Of a DNA stretch of 64,000 nucleotides, positions 13,601-27,800 are shown piece after piece. The position numbers and the translations under genes are program-made. Every line of letters starts with the position of its first letter. Position 1 is the first letter of the stretch. The notes beneath the pieces are model-generated. The model searched no databases and was not told where the DNA came from. It worked only from the letters and a program-made list of their open reading frames with translations. This DNA is from the human T2T-CHM13v2.0 reference genome, Homo sapiens: assembly GCF_009914755.1 (NCBI RefSeq), contig NC_060948.1. The stretch is one strand, 5' to 3'.

Positions 13601-14176
13601 GGAATGGAATGGAATGGAATGGTGTGGAATGGATAGTAATGGACTGGAGTGAAATGGACTGGAAAGGAATGGACTCAAATTGAATGGGCTCGAAAGGAAT
13701 GGAGTCAAATGGAATGGTCTGGAATGGAATGAACACGAATGTAATGCAATCCAATAGAATGGAATCGAATGGCATGGAATATAAAGAAATGGAATCGAAG
13801 AGAATGGAAACAAATGGAATGGAATTGAGTGGAATGGAATTGAATGGAATGGGAACCAATGGAGTGAAATTGTATGCAGTAGAAGAGAATAGAATGGAAT
13901 GCAAGCGAAAGGAAAGGAATGGATTGGAATGGAATGGAATTCATTGGAATGGAAGGGAATGTAGTGTAATGGACAGGCCTGGAATAAAGTGGAATGCTAC
14001 GGTCTCTAATGGAATAAAAATGTATGGAATGGAATGCAATGAAACGGAATCGAATGTCATAGAATGTAATGGAATGCAAAAAAATGGAATCCAAAATCAT
14101 TGACTGGAAAGGCTGGGTGTCGAAAGGAATTGACTCCAATGGAATGGAATCGAATGGAATGGAAGTGAATAGAATC
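10648..14176 (+). repeat. DYZ1 unit 4 (3,529 bp; -5, -15)
   Basis: Landmark spacing; shortened GGAAT tracts near 11820 and 13600. Confidence 0.9.
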
Positions 14177-17100
14177 GAACTAAATCGAATGGAATGGAAT
14201 TGATAGGAACGGAATGGAAAGGAATGCAATCATTTGGCATGGAATGGAATCGAATGGCATCGAATGGAATGGAATGGAATGCAATGGAATGGAATGTATT
14301 AGAATGTAATGAACTTTAATGGAATGTACTCGAATGGATTCGACTGGAATGGAATGTTCTGGAAGTGAATGGACTCCAATGGAATGGATTCAAAAGGAAT
14401 GGAATCGTACGGAATGGAATCTAATGGAATGGAATTAAATGGAAATGAATCAAATTGAATAGCACGGAATTGAATTGAATGGAATGGAATGCAATGGAAT
14501 CTAATGAAACGGAAAGGAAAGGAATGGAATGGAATGGAATGGGCTGGAATGGAAAGGAATCGAAACGAATGGAATGGAATCGAACTGAAGAGACTGGAAT
14601 GGAATGCACTGGAATGGAAGGGAGTGTAATGGAAGGTTCTCGGAAAAAATGGAATGGAATGGAATGGAATTGAATGGAACGGAATAGAGTCGAATGGAAT
14701 TGAATGGAATGGAATGGACTAGAGTGAATTGGAATCGAACCACAAGGAATGGACAGGAATAGAATGGTCTCGAATTGAATGGAATCGTATGGAATGGCAT
14801 CAAACGGAATGGAATGGACAGCCACGGAATGGAATGCACTCGAATGCAATGGAGTCGAAACTAATGGACTGGAATAGAATGGACTCGACTGGTACGGACT
14901 CCAATGGAATGGAATCGAATGGAAGGGAATCGAACGGAATTGAATCGGAGGGAAAAGACTGCAATGGAAAGGTCTCAAATGGAATGGAAATTAATGGAAT
15001 GGAATGGAATCGAATGAAATGGAGTCAAAAGCAATGGAATCGAATGGCAAGAAATCGAATGTAATGGAATCGCAAGGAATTGATGTGAACGGAACGGAAT
15101 GGAATGGAATCCAAAGGAATGGAATAGAATGGAATGGAATCGAATGGAAAGGACTCGAATGGAAATCACTCGAATAGAATGCAATTTAATAAAATAGGAT
15201 CAAATGTAATGGAATGGAATGGAAAGGAATCGAAACTAAAGGAATGGAGACAGATGGAATGGAATAGAACAGAAAGCAATGGTATAGAATGGAATGGAAT
15301 CATCTGGAATGGAATTGAATGGAATGGAATAATATGAAATGGAATGGAATGGAATGGAATGGAATGCCCTTGAATTAAATGGACTGGAATGGAATGGACT
15401 CGAACAGAGTGGAATGGAAAGTGTTGAGATAGAATGGAATGGACTCCTTTGGAATGGTGTAGTATGCAATGCAATCGACTGGCAGGGTATCAAAAGGAAT
15501 TTAATCGAATGGATTGGACTGGAATGCAATGGACTCGAATAGATTGGAAACGGAATGCAAAGGAATGGAATGGAATAGTATGGAATGGAATGGAAAGGAA
15601 TGGAGTGGAATAGACTAGAGTGGAATGGAATGGACTGGAAAGCAATGGACTGGAATGGAACTCTCTTGAATGGACTGGAATCAAACGGAATGGAATGCAA
15701 TGCAGTCAAATGGCATGGAATAAAATAGAATGAAAGAGAATCAAATGGAATTGAATCGAATGGAATCGAATGGATTGGAAAGGAATAGAATGGAATGGAA
15801 TGGAATGGACTAGAATGGAATGGATTCGAATGGAAGGCAAAGGAATGGAATCTATTGGAATGGACTGTAATGGAATGGAATGGAAGGGATTGGAATGGAC
15901 TCGAATGGAATGGACTGCAATAGAAAGGATTCGAATGGAATGAAAAAGAGTTGAATGGAATAGAACAGAATGGAATCAAATCGAATGAAATGGAATGGAA
16001 TAGAAAGGAATGGAATGAAATGGAATGGAAAGGATTCGAATGGAATGCAATCGAATGGAATGGAATCGAACGGAATGGAATAAAATGGAAGAAAACTGGC
16101 AAGAAATGGAATCGAAATGAATGGAGTGTTATGGAACGGACTCAAAAGGAATTGAATGTAATAGAATGGAGTGGAGTGGACTCGAATATAATGGACTGGA
16201 ATGGAATGAAATCACATGGAATGGGAACGAATGGAATGGAATGGAAAGGAATGGAATCGAATGGAAAGGAATCGAATGGAAGGGAATGAAATTGAATCAA
16301 CAGGAATGGAAGGGAATAGAATAGACGGTAATGGAATGGACTCGAATAGAATGGACACGAATGCTCAAATTGAATGGACTCGAATGGAATGGAAACGAAA
16401 GGAATGTCACCGAATGGAATTGAATCGATTGGAATGAAATCGCATAGAATGGAGTGGAATCAAATGGAATTGAATCGAAAGGAAAGGAAGCGAATGGACT
16501 GAAATGAAATGGAATGGAATTGAATGGAAAGTAATGCAATGGAATAGAATGGAACGAAATTTCACGGAATGGAATCAAACTGAATGGAATCAAATCAATG
16601 GAATCCAATCAAATGGAATGGAGTAGATTGGATTGGATGGGATTGGAATGAAATATACTGGAAAGGACTCGAATCTCATGAAACGGAATGGAATGAATTG
16701 GAACGGAATGGACTCGAATGGAATGGAATGTCATAGAATGGCATCAAATGGAATGGCATCAAATGGAATGGAATCGAATGCAATGGAATGCTATGGAATG
16801 GAATGGAATGCATTGGAATGGAATGTCCTCTAATGGAATGGATTCGAGTGGAATGGAATCGAATATAATGGAGTCGAATGAAATGGAATTGAAAGGAATG
16901 GGATCGAATACAATGGAATATACTGGAATGTAATGTAATGAACTCGAATGTAATTGACTGGAATGGAATGTACATGAATGGAATGTAATCGAATGGAAAG
17001 TAATCCAATGGAATAGAATCTAATGCAATAAAATCGACTCAGATAGAGTAGAATGTAATGGAATGGAGTGCAGTGCAATGGAATGGAATGGAATGGAATG

Positions 17101-17710
17101 CAATGGAATGGAATGGAATGGAATGGAATGGAATGGAATGGAATGGGATGGAATGGTATGGAATGGATAGTAATGGACTGGAGTGAAATGGACTGGAAAG
17201 GAATGGACTCAAATTGAAAGGGCTGGAAAGGAATGGAGTCAAATGGAATGGTCTGGAATGGAATGAACACGAAAGTAATGCAATCCAATAGAATGGAATC
17301 GAATAGCATGGAATATAATGAAATGGAATCGAAGAGAATGGAAACAAATGGAATGGAATTGAATGGAATGGAATTGAATGGAATGGGAACGAATGGAGTG
17401 AAATTGTATGCAGTAGAAGGGAATAGAATGGAATGCAAGCGAAAGGAAAGGAATGGATTGGAATGGAATGGAATTCATTGGAATGGAAGGGAATGTAGTG
17501 TATTGGACAGGCCTGGAATAAAGTGGAATGCTACGGTCTCGAATGGAATAAAAATGTATGGAATGGAATGCAATGAAACGGAATCGAATGTCATAGAATG
17601 TAATGGAATGCAAAAAAATGGAATCCAAAATCATTGACTGGAAAGGCTGGGTGTCGAAAGGAATTGACTCCAATGGAATGGAATCGAATGGAATGGAAGT
17701 GAATAGAATC
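14177..17710 (+). repeat. DYZ1 unit 5 (3,534 bp; -15, -15, +15)
   Basis: Deletions near 15800 and 16620; expansion near 17100-17145. Confidence 0.9.
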
Positions 17711-20700
17711 GAACTAAATCGAATGGAATGGAATTGATAGGAACGGAATGGAAAGGAATGCAATGATTTGGCACGGAATGGAATCGAATGGCATCGAATG
17801 GAACGGAATGGAATGCAATGGAATGGAACGTATTAGAATGTAATGAACTTTAATGGAATGTACTCGAATGGAATCGACTGGAATGGAATGTTCTGGAAGT
17901 GAATGGACTCCAATGGAATGGATTCAAAAGGAATGGAATCGTACGGAATGGAATCTAATGGAATGGAATTAAATGGAAATGAATCAAATTGAATAGCATG
18001 GAATTGAATTGAATGGAATCGAATGCAATGGAATCTAATGAAACGGAAAGGAAAGGAATGGAATGGAATGGAATGGGCTGGAATGGAAAGGAATCGAAAC
18101 GAATGGAATGGAATCGAATTGACGAGACTGGAATGGAATGCACTGGAATGGAAGGGAGTGTTATGGAAGGTTCTCGAAAAAAATGGAATGGAATGGAATG
18201 GAATTGAATGGAACGGAATAGAGTCGAATGGAATTGAATAGAATGGAATGGACTAGAGTGAAATGGAATCGAACCACAAGGAATGGACAGGAATAGAATG
18301 GTCTCGAATTGAATGGAATCGTATGGAATGGCATCAAACGGAATGGAATGGACAGCCACGGAATGGAATGCACTCGAATGCAATGGAGTCGAAACTAATG
18401 GACTGGAATAGAATGGACTCGACTGGTACGGACTCCAATGGAATGGAATCGAATGGAAGGGAATCGAACGGAATGGACTCGAAGGGAAAAGACTGCAATG
18501 GAAAGGTCTCGAATGGAATGGAAATTAATGGAATGGAATGGAATCGAATGAAATGGAGTCAAAAGGAATGGAATCGAATGGCAAGAAATCGAATGTAATG
18601 GAATCGCAAGGAATTGATGTGAACGGAACGGAATGGAATGGAATCCAAAGGAATGGAATAGAATGGAATGGAATCGAATGGAAAGGACTCGAATGGAAAT
18701 CACTCGAATAGAATGCAATTTAATAAAATAGGATCAAATGTAATGGAATGGAATGGAAAGGAATCGAAACGAAAGGAATGGAGACAGATGGAATGGAATG
18801 GAACAGAGAGCAATGGTATAGAATGGAATGGAATCATCTGGAATGGAATTGAATGGAATGGAATAATATGAAATGGAATGGAATGGAATGGAATGGAATG
18901 CCCTTGAATTAAATGGACTGGAATGGAATGGACTCGAACAGAGTGGAATGGAAAGTGTTGAGATAGAATGGAATGGACTCCTTTGGAATGGTCTAGTATG
19001 CAATGCAATCGACTGGCAGGGAATCAAAAGGAATGTAATGGAATGGATTGGACAGGAATGCAATGGACTCGAATAGATTGGAAACGGAATGCAAAGGAAT
19101 GGAATGGAATAGTATGGAATGGAATGGAAAGGAATGGAGTGGAATAGACTAGAGTGGAATGGAATGGACTGGAAAGCAATAGACTGGAATGGAACTTTCT
19201 TGAATGGACTGGAATCAAACGGAATGGAATGCAATGCAATCAAATGGCATGGAATAAAATAGAATGAAAGAGAATCAAATGGAATTGAATCGAATGGAAT
19301 CGAATGGATTGGAAAGGAATAGAATGGAATGGAATGGAATTGACTCAAATGGAATGGACTAGAATGGAATGGATTCGAATGGAAGGCAAAGGAATGGAAT
19401 CTATTGGAATGGACTGTAATGGAATGGAATGGAAGGGATTGGAATGGACTCGAATGGAATGGACTGCAATAGAAAGGATTCGAATGGAATGAAAAAGAAT
19501 TGAATGGAATAGAACAGAATGGAATCAAATCGAATGAAATGGAATGGAATAGAAAGGAATGGAATGAAATGGAATGGAAAGGATTCGAATGGAATGCAAT
19601 CGAATGGAATGGAATCGAACGGAATGGAATAAAATGGAAGAAAACTGGCAAGAAATGGAATCGAAATGAATGGAGTGTTATGGAACGGACTCAAAAGGAA
19701 TTGAATGTAATAGAATGGAGTGGAGTGGACTCGAATATAATGGACTGGAATGGAATGAAATCACATGGAATGGGAACGAATGGAATGGAATGGAAAGGAA
19801 TGGAATCGAATGGAAAGGAATCGAATGGAAGGGAATGAAATTGAATCAACAGGAATGGAAGGGAATAGAATAGACGGTAATGGAATGGACTCGAATAGAA
19901 TGGACACGAATGCTCAAATTGAATGGACTCGAATGGAATGGAAACGAAAGGAATGTCATCGAATGGAATTGAATCGATTGGAATGAAATCGCATAGAATG
20001 GAGTGGAATCAAATGGAATTGAATCGAAAGGAAAGGAAGCGAATGGACTGAAATGAAATGGAATGGAATTGAATGGAAAGTAATGCAATGGAATAGAATG
20101 GAACGAAATTTCACGGAATGGAATCAAACTGAATGGAATCAAATCAATGGAATCTAATCAAATGGAATGGAAAGGAATTGAAAGGAGTAGATTGGATTGG
20201 ATGGGATTGGAATGAAATGTACTGGAAAGGACTCGAATTTCATGAAACGGAATGGAATGAATTGGAACGGAATGGACTCGAATGGAATGGAATGTCATGG
20301 AATGGCATCAAATGGAATGGCATCAAATGGAATGGAATCGAATGCAATGGAATGCTATGGAATGGAATGGAATGCATTGGAATGGAATGTCCTCTAATGG
20401 AATGGATTCGAGTGGAATGGCATCGAATATAATGGAGTCGAATGAAATGGAATTGAAAAGAATGGGATCGAATACCATGGAATATACTGGAATGTAATGT
20501 AATGAACTCGAATGTAATTGACTGGAATGGAATGTACATGAATGGAATGTAATCGAATGGAAAGTAATCCAATGGAATAGAATCTAATGCAATAAAATCG
20601 ACTCAAATAGAGTAGAATGTAATGGAATGGAGTGCAGTGCAATGGAATGGAATGGAATGGAATGCAATGGAATGGAATGGAATGGAATGGAATGGAATGG

Positions 20701-21279
20701 AATGGAATGGAATGGGATGGAATGGTGTGGAATGGATAGTAATGGACTGGAGTGAAATGGACTGGAAAGGAATGGACTCAAATTGAAAGGGCTCGAAAGG
20801 AATGGAGTCAAATGGAACGGTCTGGAATGGAATGAACACGAATGTAAGGCAATCCAATAGAATGGAATCGAATGGCATGGAATATAAAGAAATGGAATCG
20901 AAGAGAATGGAAACAAATGGAATGGAATTGAATGGAATGGAATTGAATGGAATGGGAACGAATGGAGTGAAATTGTATGCAGTAGAAGAGAATAGAATGG
21001 AATGCAAGTGAAAGGAAAGGAATGGATTGGAATGGAATGGAATTCATTGGAATGGAAGGGAATGTAGTGTAATGGACAGGCCTGGAATAAAGTGGAATGC
21101 TACGGTCTCGAATGGAATAAAAATGTATGGAATGGAATGCAATGAAACGGAATCGAATGTCATAGAATGTAATGGAATGCAACAAAATGGAATCCAAAAT
21201 CATTGACTGGAAAGGCTGGGTGTCGAAAGGAATTGACTCCAATGGAATGGAATCGAATGGAATGGAAGTGAATAGAATC
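17711..21279 (+). repeat. DYZ1 unit 6 (3,569 bp; +20)
   Basis: Expanded pure GGAAT tract at ~20640-20715. Confidence 0.9.
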
Positions 21280-24200
21280 GAACTAAATCGAATGGAATGG
21301 AATTGATAGGAACGGAATGGAGAGGAATGCAATGATTTGGCATGGAATGCAATCGAATGGCATCGAATTAAATGGAATGGAATGCAATGGAATGGAATGT
21401 ATTAGAATGTAATGAACTTTAATGGAATGTACTCGAATGGATTCGACTGGAATGGAATGTTCTGGAAGTGAATGGACTCCAATGGAATGGATTCAAAAGG
21501 AATGGAATCGTACGGAATGGAATCTAATGGAATGGAATTAAATGGAAATGAATCAAATTGAATAGCACGGAATTGAATTGAATGGAATGGAATGCAATGG
21601 AATCTAATGAAACGGAAAGGAAAGGAATGGAATGGAATGGAATGGGCTGGAATGGAAAGGAATCGAAACGAATGGAATGGAATCGAACTGAAGAGACTGG
21701 AATGGAATGCACTGGAATGGAAGGGAGTGTAATGGAAGGTTCTCGAAAAAAATGGAATCGAATGGAATGGAATTGAATGGAACGGAATAGAGTCGAATGG
21801 AATTGAATGGAATGGAATGGACTAGAGTGAAATGGAATCGAACCACAAGGAATGGACAGGAATAGAATGGTCTCGAATTGAATGGAATCGTATGGAATGG
21901 CATCAAACGGAATGGAATGGACAGCCACGGAATGGAATGCACTCGAATGCAATGGAGTCGAAACTAATGGACTGGAATAGAATGGACTCGACTGGTACGG
22001 ACTCCAATGGAATGGAATCGAATGGAAGGGAATCGAACGGAATGGACTCGAAGGGAAAAGACTGCAATGGAAAGGTCTCGAATGGAATGGAAATTAATGG
22101 AATGGAATGGAATCGAATGAAATGGAGTCAAAAGGAATGGAATCGAATGGCAAGAAATCGAATGTAATGGAATCGCAAGGAATTGATGTGAACGGAACGG
22201 AATGGAATGGAATCCAAAGGAATGGAATAGAATGGAATGGAATCGAATGGAAAGGACTCGAATGGAAATCACTCGAATAGAATGCAATTTAATAAAATAG
22301 GATCAAATGTAATGGAATGGAATGGAAAGGAATCGAAACGAAAGGAATGGAGACAGATGGAATGGAATGGAACAGAGAGCAATGGTATAGAATGGAATGG
22401 AATCATCTGGAATGGAATTGAATGGAATGGAATAATATGAAATGGAATGGAATGGAATGGAATGCCCTTGAATTAAATGGACTGTAATGGAATGGACTCG
22501 AACAGAGTGGAATGGAAAGTGTTGAGATAGAATGGAATGGACTCGTTTGGAATGGTCTAGTATGCAATGCAATCGACTGGCAGGGAATCAAAAGGAATGT
22601 AATGGAATGGATTGGACTGGAATGCAATGGACTCGAATAGATTGGAAACGGAATGCAAAGGAATGGAATGGAATAGTATGGAATGGAATGGAAAGGAATG
22701 GAGTGGAATAGACTAGAGTGGAATGGAATGGACTGGAAAGCAATAGACTGGAATGGAACTTTCTTGAATGGACTGGAATCAAACGGAATGGAATGCAATG
22801 CAATCAAATGGCATGGAATAAAATAGAATGAAAGAGAATCAAATGGAATTGAATCGAATGGAATCGAATGGATTGGAAAGGAATAGAATGGAATGGAATG
22901 GAATTGACTCAAATGGAATGGACTAGAATGGAATGGATTCGAATGGAAGGCAAAGGAATGGAATCTATTGGAATGGACTGTAATGGAATGGAATGGAAGG
23001 GATTGGAATGGACTCGAATGGAATGGACTGCAATAGAAAGGATTCGAATGGAATGAAAAAGAATTGAATGGAATAGAACAGAATGGAATCAAATCGAATG
23101 AAATGGAGTGGAATAGAAAGGAATGGAATGAAATGGAATGGAAAGGATTCGAATGGAATGCAATCGAATGGAATGGAATCGAACGGAATGGAATAAAATG
23201 GAAGAAAACTGGCAAGAAATGGAATCGAAATGAATGGAGTGTTATGGAACGGACTCAAAAGGAATTGAATGTAATAGAATGGAGTGGAGTGGACTCGAAT
23301 ATAATGGACTGGAATGGAATGAAATCACATGGAATGGGAACGAATGGAATGGAATGGAAAGGAATGGAATCGAATGGAAAGGAATCGAATGGAAGGGAAT
23401 GAAATTGAATCAACAGGAATGGAAGGGAATAGAATAGACGGTAATGGAATGGACTCGAATAGAATGGACACGAATGCTCAAATTGAATGGACTCGAATGG
23501 AATGGAAACGAAAGGAATGTCATCGAATGGAATTGAATCGATTGGAATGAAATCGCATAGAATGGAGTGGAATCAAATGGAATTGAATCGAAAGGAAAGG
23601 AAGCGAATGGACTGAAATGAAATGGAATGGAATTGAATGGAAAGTAATGCAATGGAATAGAATGGAACGAAATTTCACGGAATGGAATCAAACTGAATGG
23701 AATCAAATCAATGGAATCTAATCAAATGGAATGGAAAGGAATTGAATGGCGTAGATTGGATTGGATGGGATTGGAATGAAATGTACTGGAAAGGACTCGA
23801 ATTTCATGAAACGGAATGGAATGAATTGGAACGGAATGGACTCGAATGGAATGGAATGTCATGGAATGGCATCAAATGGAATGGCATCAAATGGAATGGA
23901 ATCGAATGCAATGGAATGCTATGGAATGGAATGGAATGCATTGGAATGGAATGTCCTCTAATGGAATGGATTCGAGTGGAATGGCATCGAATATAATGGA
24001 GTCGAATGAAATGGAATTGAAAAGAATGGGATCGAATACCATGGAATATACTGGAATGTAATGTAATGAACTCGAATGTAATTGACTGGAATGGAATGTA
24101 CATGAATGGAATGTAATCGAATGGAAAGTAATCCAATGGAATAGAAACTAATGCAATAAAATCGACTCAAATAGAGTAGAATGTAATGGAATGGAGTGCA

Positions 24201-24843
24201 GTGCAATGGAATGGAATGGAATGGAATGCAATGGAATGGAATGGAATGTTATGGAATGGAATGGAATGGATTGGAATGGGATGGAATGGTATGGAATGGA
24301 TAGTAATGGACTGGAGTGAAATGGACTGGAAAGGAATGGACTCAAATTGAAAGGGCTCGAAAGGAATGGAGTCAAATGGAATAGTCTGGAATGGAATGAA
24401 CACGAATGTAATGCAATCCAATAGAATGTAATCGAATGGCATGGAATATAAAGAAATGGAATCGAAGAGAATGGAAACAAATGGAATGGAATTGAATGGA
24501 ATGGAATTGAATGGAATGGGAACGAATGGAGTGAAATTGTATGCAGTAGAAGAGAATAGAATGGAATGCAAGCGAAAGGAAAGGAATGGATTGGAATGGA
24601 ATGGAATTCATTGGAATGGAAGGGAATGTAGTGTAATGGACAGGTCTGGAATAAAGTGGAATGCTACGGTCTCGAATGGAATAAAAATGTATGGAATGGA
24701 ATGCAATGAAAGGGAATCGAATGTCATAGAATGTAATGGAATGCAAAAAAATGGAATCCAAAATCATTGACTGGAAAGGCGGGGTGTCGAAAGGAATTGA
24801 CTCCAATGGAATGGAATCGAATGGAATGGAAGTGAATAGAATC
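21280..24843 (+). repeat. DYZ1 unit 7 (3,564 bp; -5, +20; HaeIII site lost)
   Basis: Landmark spacing; GGTC replaces GGCC at 24643-24646. Confidence 0.9.
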
Positions 24844-27800
24844 GAACTAAATCGAATGGAATGGAATTGATAGGAACGGAATGGAGAGGAATGCAATGAT
24901 TTGGCATGGAATGCAATCGAATGGCATCGAATGGAATGGAATGGAATGCAATGGAATGGAATGTATTAGAATGTAATGAACTTTAATGGAATGTACTCGA
25001 ATGGATTCGACTGGAATGGAATGTTCTGGAAGTGAATGGACTCCAATGGAATGGATTCCAAAGGAATGGAATCGTACGGAATGGAATCTAATGGAATGGA
25101 ATTAAATGGAAATGAATCAAATTGAATAGCACGGAATTGAATTGAATGGAATGGAATGCAATGGAATCTAATGAAACGGAAAGGAAAGGAATGGAATGGA
25201 ATGGAATGGGCTGGAATGGAAAGGAATCGAAACGAATGGAATGGAATCGAACTGAAGAGACTGGAATGGAATGCACTGGAATGGAAGGGAGTGTAATGGA
25301 AGGTTCTCGAAAAAAATGGAATGGAATGGAATGGAATTGAATGGAACGGAATAGAGTCGAATGGAATTGAATGGAATGGAATGGACTAGAGTGAAATGGA
25401 ATCGAACCACAAGGAATGGACAGGAATAGAATGGTCTCGAATTGAATGGAATCGTATGGAATGGCATCAAACGGAATGGAATGGACAGCCACGGAATGGA
25501 ATGCACTCGAATGCAATGGAGTCGAAACTAATGGACTGGAATAGAATGGACTCGACTGGTACGGACTCCAATGGAATGGAATCGAATGGAAGAGAATCGA
25601 ACGGAATGGACTCGAAGGGAAAAGACTGCAATGGAAAGGTCTCGAATGGAATGGAAATTAATGGAATGGAATGGAATCGAATGAAATGGAGTCAAAAGGA
25701 ATGGAATCGAATGGCAAGAAATCGAATGTAATGGAATCGCAAGGAATTGATGTGAACGGAACGGAATGGAATGGAATCCAAAGGAATGGAATAGAATGGA
25801 ATGGAATCGAATGGAAAGGACTCGAATGGAAATCACTCGAATAGAATGCAATTTAATAAAATAGGATCAAATGTAATGGAATGGAATGGAAAGGAATCAA
25901 AACGAAAGGAATGGAGACAGATGGAATGGAATGGAACAGAGAGCAATGGTATAGAATGGAATGGAATCATCTGGAATGGAATTGAATGGAATGGAATAAT
26001 ATGAAATGGAATGGAATGGAATGGAATAATATGAAATGGAATGGAATGGAATGGAATGGAATGCCCTTGAATTAAATGGACTGGAATGGAATGGACTCGA
26101 ACAGAGTGGAATGGAAAGTGTTGAGATAGAATGGAATGGACTCGTTTGGAATGGTCTAGTATGCAATGCAATCGACTGGCAGGGAATCAAAAGGAATGTA
26201 ATGGAATGGATTGGACTGGAATGCAATGGACTCGAATAGATTGGAAACGGAATGCAAAGGAATGGAATGGAATAGTATGGAATGGAATGGAAAGGAATGG
26301 AGTGGAATAGACTAGAGTGGAATGGAATGGACTGGAAAGCAATAGACTGGAATGGAACTTTCTTGAATGGACTGGAATGAAACGGAATGGAATGCAATGC
26401 AATCAAATGGCATGGAATAAAATAGAATGAAAGAGAATCAAATGGAATTGAATCGAATGGAATCGAATGGATTGGAAAGGAATAGAATGGAATGGAATGG
26501 AATTGACTCAAATGGAATGGACTAGAATGGAATGGATTCGAATGGAAGGCAAAGGAATGGAATCTATTGGAATGGACTGTAATGGAATGGAATGGAAGGG
26601 ATTGGAATGGACTCGAATGGAATGGACTGCAATAGAAAGGATTCGAATGGAATGAAAAAGAATTGAATGGAATAGAACAGAATGGAATCAAATCGAATGA
26701 AATGGAATGGAATAGAAAGGAATGGAATGAAATGGAATGGAAAGGATTCGAATGGAATGCAATCGAATGGAATGGAATCGAACGGAATGGAATAAAATGG
26801 AAGAAAACTGGCAAGAAATGGAATCGAAATGAATGTAGTGTTATGGAACGGACTCAAAAGGAATTGAATGTAATAGAATGGAGTGGAGTGGACTCGAATA
26901 TAATGGACTGGAATGGAATGAAATCACATGGAATGGGAACGAATGGAATGGAATGGAAAGGAATGGAATCGAATGGAAAGGAATCGAATGGAAGGGAATG
27001 AAATTGAATCAACAGGAATGGAAGGGAATAGAATAGACGGTAATGGAATGGACTCGAATAGAATGGACACGAATGCTCAAATTGAATGGACTCGAATGGA
27101 ATGGAAACGAAAGGAATGTCATCGAATGGAATTGAATCGATTGGAATGAAATCGCATAGAATGGAGTGGAATCAAATGGAATTGAATCGAAAGGAAAGGA
27201 AGCGAATGGACTGAAATGAAATGGAATGGAATTGAATGGAAAGTAATGCAATGGAATAGAATGGAACGAAATTTCACGGAATGGAATCAAACTGAATGGA
27301 ATCAAATCAATGGAATCTAATCAAATGGAATGGAAAGGAATTGAATGGAGTAGATTGGATTGGATGGGATTGGAATGAAATGTACTGGAAAGGACTCGAA
27401 TTTCATGAAACGGAATGGAATGAATTGGAACGGAATGGACTCGAATGGAATGGAATGTCATGGAATGGCATCAAATGGAATGGCATCAAATGGAATGGAA
27501 TCGAATGCAATGGAATGCTATGGAATGGAATGGAATGCATTGGAATGGAATGTCCTCTAATGGAATGGATTCGAGTGGAATGGAATCGAATATAATGGAG
27601 TCGAATGAAATGGAATTGAAAAGAATGGGATCGAATACAATGGAATATACTGGAATGTAACGTAATGAACTCGAATGTAATTGACTGGAATGGAATGTAC
27701 ATGAATGGAATGTAATCGAATGGAAAGTAATCCAATGGAATAGAAACTAATGCAATAAAATCGACTCAAATAGAGTAGAATGTAATGGAATGGAGTGCAG

